A stretch of 60,134 nucleotides of DNA from an uncultured Pelagibacteraceae bacterium (lineage in GTDB: Bacteria; Pseudomonadota; Alphaproteobacteria; Pelagibacterales; AG-422-B15), in contig CACKXV010000004.1 in the NCBI GenBank assembly GCA_902604225.1, positions 1 through 60,134 on the forward strand. Reading direction: 5' to 3'. The translations under genes were made by a program, and so were the position numbers. Every line of letters begins with the position of its first letter. The stretch's first letter is position 1. The notes under the pieces are model-generated. The model saw nothing but the letters and a program-made list of their open reading frames with translations. It was not told the DNA's origin and made no database searches. Of this stretch, positions 1-9,015 are shown piece after piece.

Positions 1-36
1 ATAAAGTTGTACTAAAGAAATTATGAGGATTGGCTT

Positions 37-1359
37 TTGAAAATGAATATTAGCAAAACATTACAACTTCCTTGTGGTGTAGAGATAAAAAATAGATTTT
101 TAAAATCTGCAATGACTGAAGGAATTGCAAATAGTGATGCATCAGCTAACAATCGTCATGTAAAACTATATGAATGCTGGGCAAAAGGTGGTACAGGAAT
201 CTCTGTTACTGGCAATGTACAAATAGACCATAGGTACATTGAGCGTGCTGGAAATGTTGTTATAGAAGGAACACAATCTAATGAAAGATTAGCAGCTTTG
301 GCAAATTGGTCTCAGGCTGGAAAACAGAACAATACACAATTATGGATGCAACTCAGTCATGCTGGACGTCAAACCCCATTTTCTATAAATAAAAAATCTG
401 TAGCACCCTCAGTCAAACCTATGCCAACTTTAGGTGGAGTATTAAAATTTGGGGTACCCGAGGAACTCTCACATTCTCAAATTCTAAATATCATTGATAG
501 ATTTATTAATGCTGCAGAAATTGCAAAACAAACTGGATTTACTGGAGTACAACTACATTCAGCACATGGATATTTATTATCAGAATTTTTGTCTCCAAAT
601 ATAAATAATAGAACTGATCAATGGGGTGGCAGTATTGAAAATAGGTCAAGATTGTTGATTAGCATTATTGATGGGATTAGGACAAAAGTTGGAAATAGCT
701 TCCCCATATCTGTGAAATTAAACTCATCAGATTTTCAAAAGGGTGGTTTTACCCACGAAGAAAGTATTCAAGTCGCCAAATTACTTAACTCAACCTCATT
801 AGATTTACTTGAGATTTCTGGAGGCACATATGAAAATTTTGTAGCTTTAGAGATTGATTCTTTTAATCTAAAGAAAATGAAAAAAATAAAACCTCAAAGA
901 AGTACTTTAGTGCGGGAAGCTTATTTTTTAAAATATGCAGGGGAAATCAAAAAATTTCTTTCAATTCCCCTCGCGGTAACTGGAGGTTTTCGTACCGCTG
1001 ATGGAATGAATAGTGCACTTAATAGTGGAGCCTGTGATGTTATAGGCCTTGGAAGACCTTTATGCTCCGAACCTGAAATCATTAATGAATTAATTAGTGG
1101 AGATAGAAAATCGGCTACACTTTATGAAAACATTCTTCAATTTGGACCTTGGATACTTGGGCTAAACAGCCCGATTGCATTGATGAGATCCAATAATAAA
1201 GCAGCTCAAGTATATTGGTGCTATCGACAAATTTTAAAAATGGCTAATGGTGAAAAAGTTAATAATAAACTTAGTCTAACAAAAGCATTATTTGATCATT
1301 TTAGAGAAGATTCCGCAAACAGTAAAAAATACCAAAAATATTGGAGTGATTTAAACTGA
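37..1359 (+). CDS. NADH:flavin oxidoreductase / Old Yellow Enzyme family
   Basis: NRFLKSAMTE N-terminus, QLSHAGRQ, active-site QLHSAHGYLLSEFLSP, NNRTDQWGGSIENR, FMN-phosphate GLGRP; start TTG 37 or ATG 43. Confidence 0.9.
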   Translation: MKMNISKTLQLPCGVEIKNRFLKSAMTEGIANSDASANNRHVKLYECWAKGGTGISVTGNVQIDHRYIERAGNVVIEGTQSNERLAALANWSQAGKQNNTQLWMQLSHAGRQTPFSINKKSVAPSVKPMPTLGGVLKFGVPEELSHSQILNIIDRFINAAEIAKQTGFTGVQLHSAHGYLLSEFLSPNINNRTDQWGGSIENRSRLLISIIDGIRTKVGNSFPISVKLNSSDFQKGGFTHEESIQVAKLLNSTSLDLLEISGGTYENFVALEIDSFNLKKMKKIKPQRSTLVREAYFLKYAGEIKKFLSIPLAVTGGFRTADGMNSALNSGACDVIGLGRPLCSEPEIINELISGDRKSATLYENILQFGPWILGLNSPIALMRSNNKAAQVYWCYRQILKMANGEKVNNKLSLTKALFDHFREDSANSKKYQKYWSDLN

Positions 1360-1883
1360 AAAAATTAATTATCCTTTTAATTCTTATTTCTAATTTCGCT
1401 CATGCAGATCAAAAAGATGATCGCTTAAGTGAACTTTTTGATAAATTATTTTTAAGCACAAATAATATGGAAGCCAGTAGGCTTCTGTTTAATATTTGGG
1501 ATATATGGTCTATAGCCGATAAACAAGAAACTCAAATTATATTTGATGAGGCTAATCAATTTATGGACGATGGAGAACTAGATAGTGCAGTTGAATTATT
1601 TACAAAAGTTATTAAGCAAAGCCCAGAATTTGCCGAAGGGTGGAACAAGAGAGCGACTGTCTATTTTTTAAAAGGTGAATTTAATAAATCTATATCAGAT
1701 ATTGAAAAAACATTATATCTTGAGCCCCGTCATTTTGGCGCACTTGATGGTTTAGCCGAAATTTACTTAATTAAAGATGACCTGGTAGGTGCAGCGGCTA
1801 CATATCGACGAATTTTAGAAATTATTCCCTCAAGTAAAAAATCTCAAGACAGATTAAGATTAATTAATGATTTATTAGTTTGA
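1356..1883 (+). CDS. Exported TPR-repeat protein; probable CTG start upstream of the track's ATG at 1467
   Basis: TPR motifs (AEGWNKRATVYFLKGEF, PRHFGALDGLAEIY). Frame is open from 1350 and encodes signal peptide (M)KKLIILLILISNFAHA|DQKDDRL from CTG 1356, which overlaps the upstream TGA and follows GGAG at 1343-1346. Confidence 0.8.
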   Translation: MKKLIILLILISNFAHADQKDDRLSELFDKLFLSTNNMEASRLLFNIWDIWSIADKQETQIIFDEANQFMDDGELDSAVELFTKVIKQSPEFAEGWNKRATVYFLKGEFNKSISDIEKTLYLEPRHFGALDGLAEIYLIKDDLVGAAATYRRILEIIPSSKKSQDRLRLINDLLV

Positions 1884-2443
1884 TGTGTGGACGTTACGTA
1901 CTTTCAGATACAGAAGCAGTTGAAAAAAAATTTAAAACTAAAGTATCAGCATCATTTAATATCGCACCATCACATGATGTTTTGGTACTAAAACCAAACC
2001 CTGAAATGATTAAGTGGTCTTACTCTCCAAAATGGAAAGAAGATATGCACCTTATTAACTGTCGCCATGAAACATTACTTGAAAAGCCGTCTTTTAAAGG
2101 TTCCATGCGATGTGTTTTTGTTGCAAATGGATGGATTGAATGGAAAAGATTAAAAAACGAAAAAAAACCTTTTTTTCATTCTATAAAGACTGAACTCATT
2201 TATTTTGCTGGAATCTACAATTTAACAAGTGGATGTGCGGTTGTAACTTGTCAATCATCTCAACATATTGCTCAAGTTCATCATCGTCAGCCATTGTTGT
2301 TAGAAGAAAAACAGATAGGTGAATGGCTAACGGGCAAGCATCAAATAGAAAGAAAAAAAGATGATCAAGTTGATATTTATGAAATATCTAAACAAATAAA
2401 TAGTCCAAAAAATAATAACAGCCAGTTGTTAGAACAAATTTAA
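1883..2443 (+). CDS. yedK: SOS response-associated peptidase (SRAP; YedK/HMCES family) abasic-site protection protein
   Basis: N-terminal MCGRY (catalytic Cys2), FNIAP, INCRHETL, GWIEW, HHRQP; TGATG overlap with upstream stop. Confidence 0.9.
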   Translation: MCGRYVLSDTEAVEKKFKTKVSASFNIAPSHDVLVLKPNPEMIKWSYSPKWKEDMHLINCRHETLLEKPSFKGSMRCVFVANGWIEWKRLKNEKKPFFHSIKTELIYFAGIYNLTSGCAVVTCQSSQHIAQVHHRQPLLLEEKQIGEWLTGKHQIERKKDDQVDIYEISKQINSPKNNNSQLLEQI

Positions 2444-2459
2444 ATTATATAATTCGTTC

Positions 2460-4064
2460 ATGAGTAAGTTTTATCATTTCATAGACAGCACATTTATAGA
2501 CTTAGGAAGACAGTTTAAGCTAAGTTACTTACCACCACTCATGATTTACTTAGCTGCTGGTGTTGCTGGATTAACTGGCATTGTTGGAACTTTTTTTGTT
2601 AAAGACTATCTCAATTTATCTGCTGCATTTCTGGCAGGTCTTGGTTTTTGGGCTGGAATTCCGTGGGCCTTAAAAATGCCTTTAGGTCATTTAGTTGATT
2701 TGATTTGGGAGCGAAAAAATTATCTTGTATATATAGGAGCTTCATTAATCGCCGTAAGCCTTGGTATAATGTATGGTCTAATTGCCCACACAGGGTTTAT
2801 GTCGCAATTCCTCAATATTGAAACCTGGTATGTGATCAGTGTATTGCTTGCACCAATTGGATATGTTGTACAAGACGTCGTAGCTGATGCAATGACTGTT
2901 GAAGCTGTTCCAAGTTTAGATGAAGAAGGCAAACTTTATTCACCTGAGTTAATAAAAAATATGCATACCACAATGCAAACTTTGGGAAGGTTTGCAATCA
3001 TTGGAGGTACTGTTGTTGTTGCTTTAATCAATGTAATCATTTTCAGTAGTGTTGAAGCTGAAACAGAGCAAGAAAAAATACTTTTATATGCAAATATTTA
3101 TCTCTTTGCATTGATCATCCCTTTAATTTCAGTACTAGGCGTATTTCTCTCAATTTATCTTAAAAACAAAAGAAGAAATAAATTATCAAATGCTGGTGTT
3201 GAAGAGAAGATAGAGAGTGAGGAAACAAAAGTTGATTGGTGGATACTTGGGGGGTCACTTATTTTTGTCATATTTACTCTTACTGTAGGTGGCTTCAATC
3301 TTCCTTATGCTCAAGAGATCGTGTTTGTAGGATCAGTAAGCATTATTTTCTTTTTGATGGCTAAGTTAATGCGAGAGTTGCCTGAATCAATGCGACTAAC
3401 TATTTTAGGAACTGCAATAATAATATTTATTTTTAGAGCAATGCCAGGTCCTGGTGCAGGTTTGACTTGGTTTGAAATAGATAATTTAGGTTTTGATGAA
3501 CAATTTTTTTCAGTCCTTTCATTACTTGCATCATTTCTAACTTTGTTGGGAATTATTATTCTAAGACCGTTTATGGTAAATAACTCGATTGCAAAGATTA
3601 TTGTAATTTTATCTATTGCTGGGGCAGTTTTATTTTTGCCAAGTGTTGGTATGTATTATGGATTTCATCAGTGGACAGCTTCCTTAACAAATGATGTAGT
3701 TGATGCGCGTTTCATAGCTATTTTTAATACTGCTCTTGAATCACCTTTGGGGCAAGTATCGATGATACCATTGCTTGCTTGGATTGCGAGAAATGCGCCC
3801 GCTCATCTTAAAGCGACATTTTTTGCTGTATTTGCCTCTTTTACTAATCTTGCTCTATCTGCAAGTTCATTGTTTACAAAATACCTCAATCAAATTTATG
3901 AGGTCACTAGGGAAGTAAAGGACAAAATTACAAATGAAATTCTTTCAGTTGCAGATTACTCTGAATTGGGCATTTTACTTATTGTGATAACACTACTCAC
4001 CCTTTTGGTCCCAATATTTTCTGTTATAATTATTCAGAAAACAAGATTGAAAACAAATGAGTAA
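2460..4064 (+). CDS. MFS-type membrane transporter, BT1 (folate/biopterin)-like
   Basis: About 12 hydrophobic segments; PWALKMPLGHLVD and QDVVADAMTVE resemble BT1-family motifs. Confidence 0.6.
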   Translation: MSKFYHFIDSTFIDLGRQFKLSYLPPLMIYLAAGVAGLTGIVGTFFVKDYLNLSAAFLAGLGFWAGIPWALKMPLGHLVDLIWERKNYLVYIGASLIAVSLGIMYGLIAHTGFMSQFLNIETWYVISVLLAPIGYVVQDVVADAMTVEAVPSLDEEGKLYSPELIKNMHTTMQTLGRFAIIGGTVVVALINVIIFSSVEAETEQEKILLYANIYLFALIIPLISVLGVFLSIYLKNKRRNKLSNAGVEEKIESEETKVDWWILGGSLIFVIFTLTVGGFNLPYAQEIVFVGSVSIIFFLMAKLMRELPESMRLTILGTAIIIFIFRAMPGPGAGLTWFEIDNLGFDEQFFSVLSLLASFLTLLGIIILRPFMVNNSIAKIIVILSIAGAVLFLPSVGMYYGFHQWTASLTNDVVDARFIAIFNTALESPLGQVSMIPLLAWIARNAPAHLKATFFAVFASFTNLALSASSLFTKYLNQIYEVTREVKDKITNEILSVADYSELGILLIVITLLTLLVPIFSVIIIQKTRLKTNE

Positions 4065-4073
4065 AATTAATTT

Positions 4074-4241
4074 ATGAAGAATGTTCTGCAGATACTTGGA
4101 GTTTTTTTTATTGGTGCATTAATTGGTTTTATACTCATGGGTTTTGGTTTGTCAGTTGATGTATCGATGATGGCAGGTACCGCTGTGATATTGGTTTTAG
4201 CTTATTTAGTCACAAAGCAAAATAACAAGGGGAAGAAATAA
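4074..4241 (+). CDS. Small two-TM membrane protein (55 aa), not in ORF track
   Basis: Manual translation MKNVLQILGVFFIGALIGFILMGFGLSVDVSMMAGTAVILVLAYLVTKQNNKGKK*; fills the gap, TAA directly abuts the GST ATG at 4242. Confidence 0.75.
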   Translation: MKNVLQILGVFFIGALIGFILMGFGLSVDVSMMAGTAVILVLAYLVTKQNNKGKK

Positions 4242-5096
4242 ATGGCAACTATTCCAAGTGAGCAGATTAAAACTAAAGAAATATTAGACTGGAAGGGTTT
4301 ACACTTACTCAATTTTAGAACATCTTCTTGTTCACAAAAACTTCGAATTTACCTTAACTTAAAAAAAATCAGTTGGACTTCGCACAGTGTAAATCTCGCA
4401 GCAGGAAAAAATTATACAGAATGGTTTTTAGGTATCAATCCTAAAGGGCTCATTCCAGTACTTGTGGATGATGGGCATGTTGAAATAGAAAGCAATGACA
4501 TACTAATGTATCTTGAAAAAAAATACCCTCAAAATCCTTTAATCGACGAGCATGAAGAGGAAAATATGAACACTCTTCTTAAAGATGAGGATGTTCTTCA
4601 TGAAGACATTAGAAACATTGCTTATCGTTATATGTTTGGTGGTCTAGGCAAAAAGAGCTCTAAGGGACTTGAAGTATTCAAAAACTATAAATCTTCTAAT
4701 TCTGAACTTGATAAACTTAAGATGAAAGAGGTCGAATTTTATGAGACCTATGGTGAAGAAGGAATTACTGATGACGCTGTAAAACAGTCATTGGTTAAAT
4801 TTTGTGAGCGTTACGACAAATTTGAAGGCCGTCTAACTAACCAAAAATATTTAATGGGCGATAAGCTTTCGTTGCTAGACCTTGCATGGTTTATTTACTC
4901 ATATCGACTCTATGTATCTGGATTTCCTTTTCGTAAGTTTTATCCACATGTATCAAATTGGTTTCATAATCTTTATTCACAAAATGAATTTTATAAGGAA
5001 GTAAACGATCCTTTGATTCTAAAATTAATTAGGCAGTATGCAAAAATAACAACAGCGCTTAATGCAAGATCAATAAAGGCATTAATGCCAAACTAA
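4242..5096 (+). CDS. Glutathione S-transferase family protein (GDAP1/TCHQD-like)
   Basis: SSCSQKLR, WFLGINPKGLIPVL, ESNDILMYLE, YLMGDKLSLLDL N-capping motif. Confidence 0.88.
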   Translation: MATIPSEQIKTKEILDWKGLHLLNFRTSSCSQKLRIYLNLKKISWTSHSVNLAAGKNYTEWFLGINPKGLIPVLVDDGHVEIESNDILMYLEKKYPQNPLIDEHEEENMNTLLKDEDVLHEDIRNIAYRYMFGGLGKKSSKGLEVFKNYKSSNSELDKLKMKEVEFYETYGEEGITDDAVKQSLVKFCERYDKFEGRLTNQKYLMGDKLSLLDLAWFIYSYRLYVSGFPFRKFYPHVSNWFHNLYSQNEFYKEVNDPLILKLIRQYAKITTALNARSIKALMPN

Positions 5097-6412
5097 TGAC
5101 CAAAGATCGTGACGTTAAACTTGAGGGATATTACAAATCCCATTGGCCAGTAGAATGTGGTGGTAACCGAAGACAAAAAGCTGCCAATGGACGACTGGAT
5201 GTAAAAAATAAACAAGCACGTGTGCAAAGTATTCGTAACGAAAGATGGAATGTTATGACCATTTTTCGAGAGCGCGAAGAACTTTTTCTTGGAGGCACTA
5301 TGCCAAGTTTTACTGGTCCGCCTCCTTTTGGTTGGGTTCAAAAAATTGATCCTCAAACTCTTGAAGTTATTAATGAGACACCTCGACTTCCCTGCGGTGA
5401 GCATGTTTGGTGTGGAGCCATTACTGCCCATCAAAACGGCAACATTATTAAAGTTAATGGCAATTACATGCATAGTATTACTAATCAATGTGAAGTCGAC
5501 ATTGAAAAAAAGCTTCCAATTGACCAAGCACATAACGGGTTATTGGTCTTATCTGATGGTTCTATTGTAACCAAAGATCTTCGCCTTGAGGGGCAGGGCA
5601 GGTCAACCATCACGCGACTGAATGATAAGCTAGAGTTAATGCATGAACCTTTTTTATTACCTGAAGGTTCAATGGGTAGAATCGCTTCAGATAAAAATGA
5701 TGATGGTGAATTTATCTACATACCTGGAATAGAAAAAATATGGAAAATAAGAGTTGATGAAAAGCTTTCTGTGGATGGAAGTTGGTCGCCAACTTATCGT
5801 TCAACCGATGATGATCAAGGCTTATCTTGGGACGGGTGTATTTCAGATGGATCCATGTGGCTAATGAATAACGGCGATATAGACTCACTGAGAGCAATAT
5901 ACTCAACTCATCCTAATGGTAGGTTTAATAAAGCGCCTAAGGAACTAAGTTGGAGAAGAAGCGCTCCTTGGAGCTGTAAGCAGAGATTGTATAAATTTGA
6001 TCTTAATTCTAATGAATTTCAGTATATAGAGCCATTTGAAAAATCTGGAGGTGGTATAATAGCCCCTCCTGTAAATATACCAGAACATAACGTATGTATT
6101 TGTTGGGATAGTATTAATGGGGGACTAGCAGGCATTGATACCACAGCAAAAAAACTCGATCTTTCCTGGAAAATTGATGATATCCGTCCAACAATGCAGC
6201 CTGTTGTTTTTCCTGAAAGCAAAGAACTAGTTATTAATAGTTTTGAAGAAAATGATGATAAATTGGTTGTGATTGATTTAACTAATGGCAATATTTTAGA
6301 TAAAGTTTCTCTTAAGTCGCCGTTAGCAAATGGTATGTTTTTAACCCCCGGTTTTAATAATGATATCATCTACTGCTCAACAAGAACCTTTGCTCGAGTT
6401 TCGTGGGAATAA
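5096..6412 (+). CDS. Hypothetical protein, predicted beta-propeller, no signal peptide
   Basis: 438-aa ORF with repeated short beta-strand/G-D turn patterns, Trp-rich; TAATG overlap with GST stop. Confidence 0.6.
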   Translation: MTKDRDVKLEGYYKSHWPVECGGNRRQKAANGRLDVKNKQARVQSIRNERWNVMTIFREREELFLGGTMPSFTGPPPFGWVQKIDPQTLEVINETPRLPCGEHVWCGAITAHQNGNIIKVNGNYMHSITNQCEVDIEKKLPIDQAHNGLLVLSDGSIVTKDLRLEGQGRSTITRLNDKLELMHEPFLLPEGSMGRIASDKNDDGEFIYIPGIEKIWKIRVDEKLSVDGSWSPTYRSTDDDQGLSWDGCISDGSMWLMNNGDIDSLRAIYSTHPNGRFNKAPKELSWRRSAPWSCKQRLYKFDLNSNEFQYIEPFEKSGGGIIAPPVNIPEHNVCICWDSINGGLAGIDTTAKKLDLSWKIDDIRPTMQPVVFPESKELVINSFEENDDKLVVIDLTNGNILDKVSLKSPLANGMFLTPGFNNDIIYCSTRTFARVSWE

Positions 6413-6466
6413 GATATGATTAATTTTTAATCTTTCTAAATTTGTCCCCTTTTGTAAAATTCTAGT

Positions 6467-7639
6467 GTGTTTGAAAAAATTAAAAAATTATTTAATGAGA
6501 ATTCGGTAAAAAATTGTCATTTTATTTATTTAAAAAAAAATGATGATAATTTTGTGAGTAATTCTATTTCTTTTGGCAAATCTCACTGGAATAATGAAGA
6601 TGATCTAAATGGTGATCATATATTTAGATTAATGTCTATGAGCAAACCAATAACAGCTCTGGCAGCAATGCAATTAGTTGAAATGGGTAAATTAAATTTG
6701 GATTCACCGGCTGAGGAAATTCTTCCTGAATTAGCAAATATCCCAGTATTGACCGATGATAATAGGCTAGTCAAACAGACTAAATCAATCACATTAAGGC
6801 ACTTAATGTCACATACATCAGGATTTGCATATAATTCACTAATGATGATTACTTCCAAGAAATTTAGAGGGTTGTCTACCTTTATGAAATTATATTTATT
6901 TATTAAAGGAATAGTTACATACATCTATCCATTTTCAAAAGGACCAAGACTATTTGAAGCTGGAACTAATTTTAAATATGGTACTGGACTTGGATTTGTA
7001 GGTATGATGATTGAAAAGGTTTCAGGTCAATCATTAGAAGAATATTGTAAAGAAAATATTTTTAATCCTCTAAATATGACAAATACTTTTTTTACCATTC
7101 CCAAAGAAAAAAAACATAAAATTGTACCCTTAGGTATTAGACAGGGAAAAAAATCTAAAGTGATTAGAAAAATGCCCTTCGTAGGTCAGCCCTACTTGCG
7201 ATTTTGGAGAAAATCATACTATGGAGGGACTGAAATCTTTAGTTCGCCCAATGACTTCGCAAAGTTTGTACAATGTCTAATGAATAAAGGAAGTTTTAAT
7301 GGTCATCAAATTATCTCCGAATTAAGTTTCAACGAAATGGTAAAACCAGGGGATTTTGATCAAATGTTTGAGAGAGATGACAACTATAATTTTTTAATGG
7401 GCGAAAATGGTAGAATAAAAAACAAGATGAATAGATATGGGTTAGGTTTAACCATATCTTTTGATCCTAATGATTCTCGGCCTGTAGGATCAATTGCTCA
7501 CGGCGGTGCTGCTTGTACATTCTTTAGCTTTAATTTAGAAAAACAAAAGGGGGCCCTGATTTTTTCAAATTTCTATCCCTATAATGATAAAGAATGGCAC
7601 GACATGGTTGTAGCTTTTGAAAAAGAAGTTTATGCATAA
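6467..7639 (+). CDS. Serine hydrolase, beta-lactamase class C / family VIII esterase fold
   Basis: SxxK (FRLMSMSKP), ITLRHLMSHTSG, GTNFKYG catalytic Tyr, HGG near C-terminus. Confidence 0.88.
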   Translation: MFEKIKKLFNENSVKNCHFIYLKKNDDNFVSNSISFGKSHWNNEDDLNGDHIFRLMSMSKPITALAAMQLVEMGKLNLDSPAEEILPELANIPVLTDDNRLVKQTKSITLRHLMSHTSGFAYNSLMMITSKKFRGLSTFMKLYLFIKGIVTYIYPFSKGPRLFEAGTNFKYGTGLGFVGMMIEKVSGQSLEEYCKENIFNPLNMTNTFFTIPKEKKHKIVPLGIRQGKKSKVIRKMPFVGQPYLRFWRKSYYGGTEIFSSPNDFAKFVQCLMNKGSFNGHQIISELSFNEMVKPGDFDQMFERDDNYNFLMGENGRIKNKMNRYGLGLTISFDPNDSRPVGSIAHGGAACTFFSFNLEKQKGALIFSNFYPYNDKEWHDMVVAFEKEVYA

Positions 7640-7670
7640 TCGATTAAATTAATAATAAAGGAGAAATCAT

Positions 7671-7967
7671 ATGGAATTTTGTAATGCTGTTAGGGCTAAA
7701 GTCAAAGAAGGTTGCGAAGAAGAATATTTGGAAATCAATAAAAGTTTTGAAAATTTACCTGGCCAAAAGATTAGTCGTCTTTTCAAAACAGGAGACAGAA
7801 CTTATTGCTATATCGGTATTTGGGAGTCAGAAGAGGCAATTGCTGCGCAGAGAGATGCAATGATTGCAAATTTAGACAAGATGAGGCACGTTCTAGAAGA
7901 ACTATCACCTGAATTAGGTGTAACTGATCCTGTTTCAGGTACAGTTGTTCTTGATTATGAGGGGTAA
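7671..7967 (+). CDS. Small dimeric alpha/beta-barrel (ABM/DUF718-like) protein
   Basis: Strong SD AAGGAG; VKEGCEEEY and YIGIWESEEA pattern typical of the ABM-like fold. Confidence 0.6.
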   Translation: MEFCNAVRAKVKEGCEEEYLEINKSFENLPGQKISRLFKTGDRTYCYIGIWESEEAIAAQRDAMIANLDKMRHVLEELSPELGVTDPVSGTVVLDYEG

Positions 7968-8225
7968 ATCAGGTTAGTATCTTGATATGAATCTAGATCT
8001 ACCTGAGCTGTTATTTGGCATTCCATTACATTTAACACTTTTGTGTATTTCTAAATTATATGCAAACAGGTCATATGATGAAGCAGCAGGATATTTTAGT
8101 AAGGCGGGTAAAGTTTAAAAATTTATTACCACCTGTAATTAAGCTAGTCATCAAAAGAAAATGCAATCTAAGTTTTATTGACTTAAACAAAACCATCAGA
8201 TCATCTAAAACATATCATTAACAAT

Positions 8226-9014
8226 ATGAGCTTAACCGACGAAGGACATTACGGTCCAAAACAATTAAATATGCTTAAAACCATCTGGGGTGAAGGATTT
8301 TTGTCACCGGGAGGTACTGGTGAAATTGATCAAATTTTAAAAGGATTAGACTTAAAAGGTAAAAAAGTTTTGGACATTGGCTGCGGTACAGGAGGAGCAG
8401 TTTTTCATATGATAGAAAAATATGGTGCTAATGAAGCAATTGGAATAGATCCAGAACCATTAGTGATCGAAACTGCAAATGATTTGGCTATAAAGAAAGG
8501 CATATCTAATAAAGTGAAATTTATATGCACTAAGCCTGGTGAACATAATTTTGAAGATAAAAGCTTTCAGGTTGTTTTTAGCAAGGAAGCCTTTTTACAT
8601 ATCATTGACAAAAAAAAATTACTCCAAGAGATAAACGATATCTTAGTTGATGATGGAATTCTTTCTGTCGGAGACTGGATGCGCAATGATGATAACGAAC
8701 CATCAGCGCAGATGAAGGATTATATTGCAGCGGAAGGCTTAGATATGTTCATGTGTTCACTTGAGAAGTACGAAAGTCTTTTAAAAGAAACAGGATTTAA
8801 AGTTCTATCACTAAATGATCGTAATAAATGGTACTTAGAAAAAGTTAAGACAGAAATATCAGATATAAAAGGCCCCCTTTATGATGAGGTGATAAAGCTG
8901 ATTGGAAAAGAAGAAGCAGATGGAGCGCTTGAGATTTGGGAAAAATTACTTGGCGTAGTTGAAAAAGGAGAACATCGCCCCGGCAATTTTCAAGCTATAA
9001 AGATATCAAACTAA
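8226..9014 (+). CDS. Class I SAM-dependent methyltransferase, phosphoethanolamine N-methyltransferase (PMT)-like
   Basis: IWGEGFLSPGG, motif I VLDIGCGTGG, GIDPE, FSKEAFLHI. Confidence 0.85.
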   Translation: MSLTDEGHYGPKQLNMLKTIWGEGFLSPGGTGEIDQILKGLDLKGKKVLDIGCGTGGAVFHMIEKYGANEAIGIDPEPLVIETANDLAIKKGISNKVKFICTKPGEHNFEDKSFQVVFSKEAFLHIIDKKKLLQEINDILVDDGILSVGDWMRNDDNEPSAQMKDYIAAEGLDMFMCSLEKYESLLKETGFKVLSLNDRNKWYLEKVKTEISDIKGPLYDEVIKLIGKEEADGALEIWEKLLGVVEKGEHRPGNFQAIKISN

Positions 9015-9015
9015 T

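Noticed and set aside
6467-7639. Beta-lactamase / antibiotic resistance gene
   Set aside because: No signal peptide, no YxN or KTG motif; pattern fits family VIII esterases
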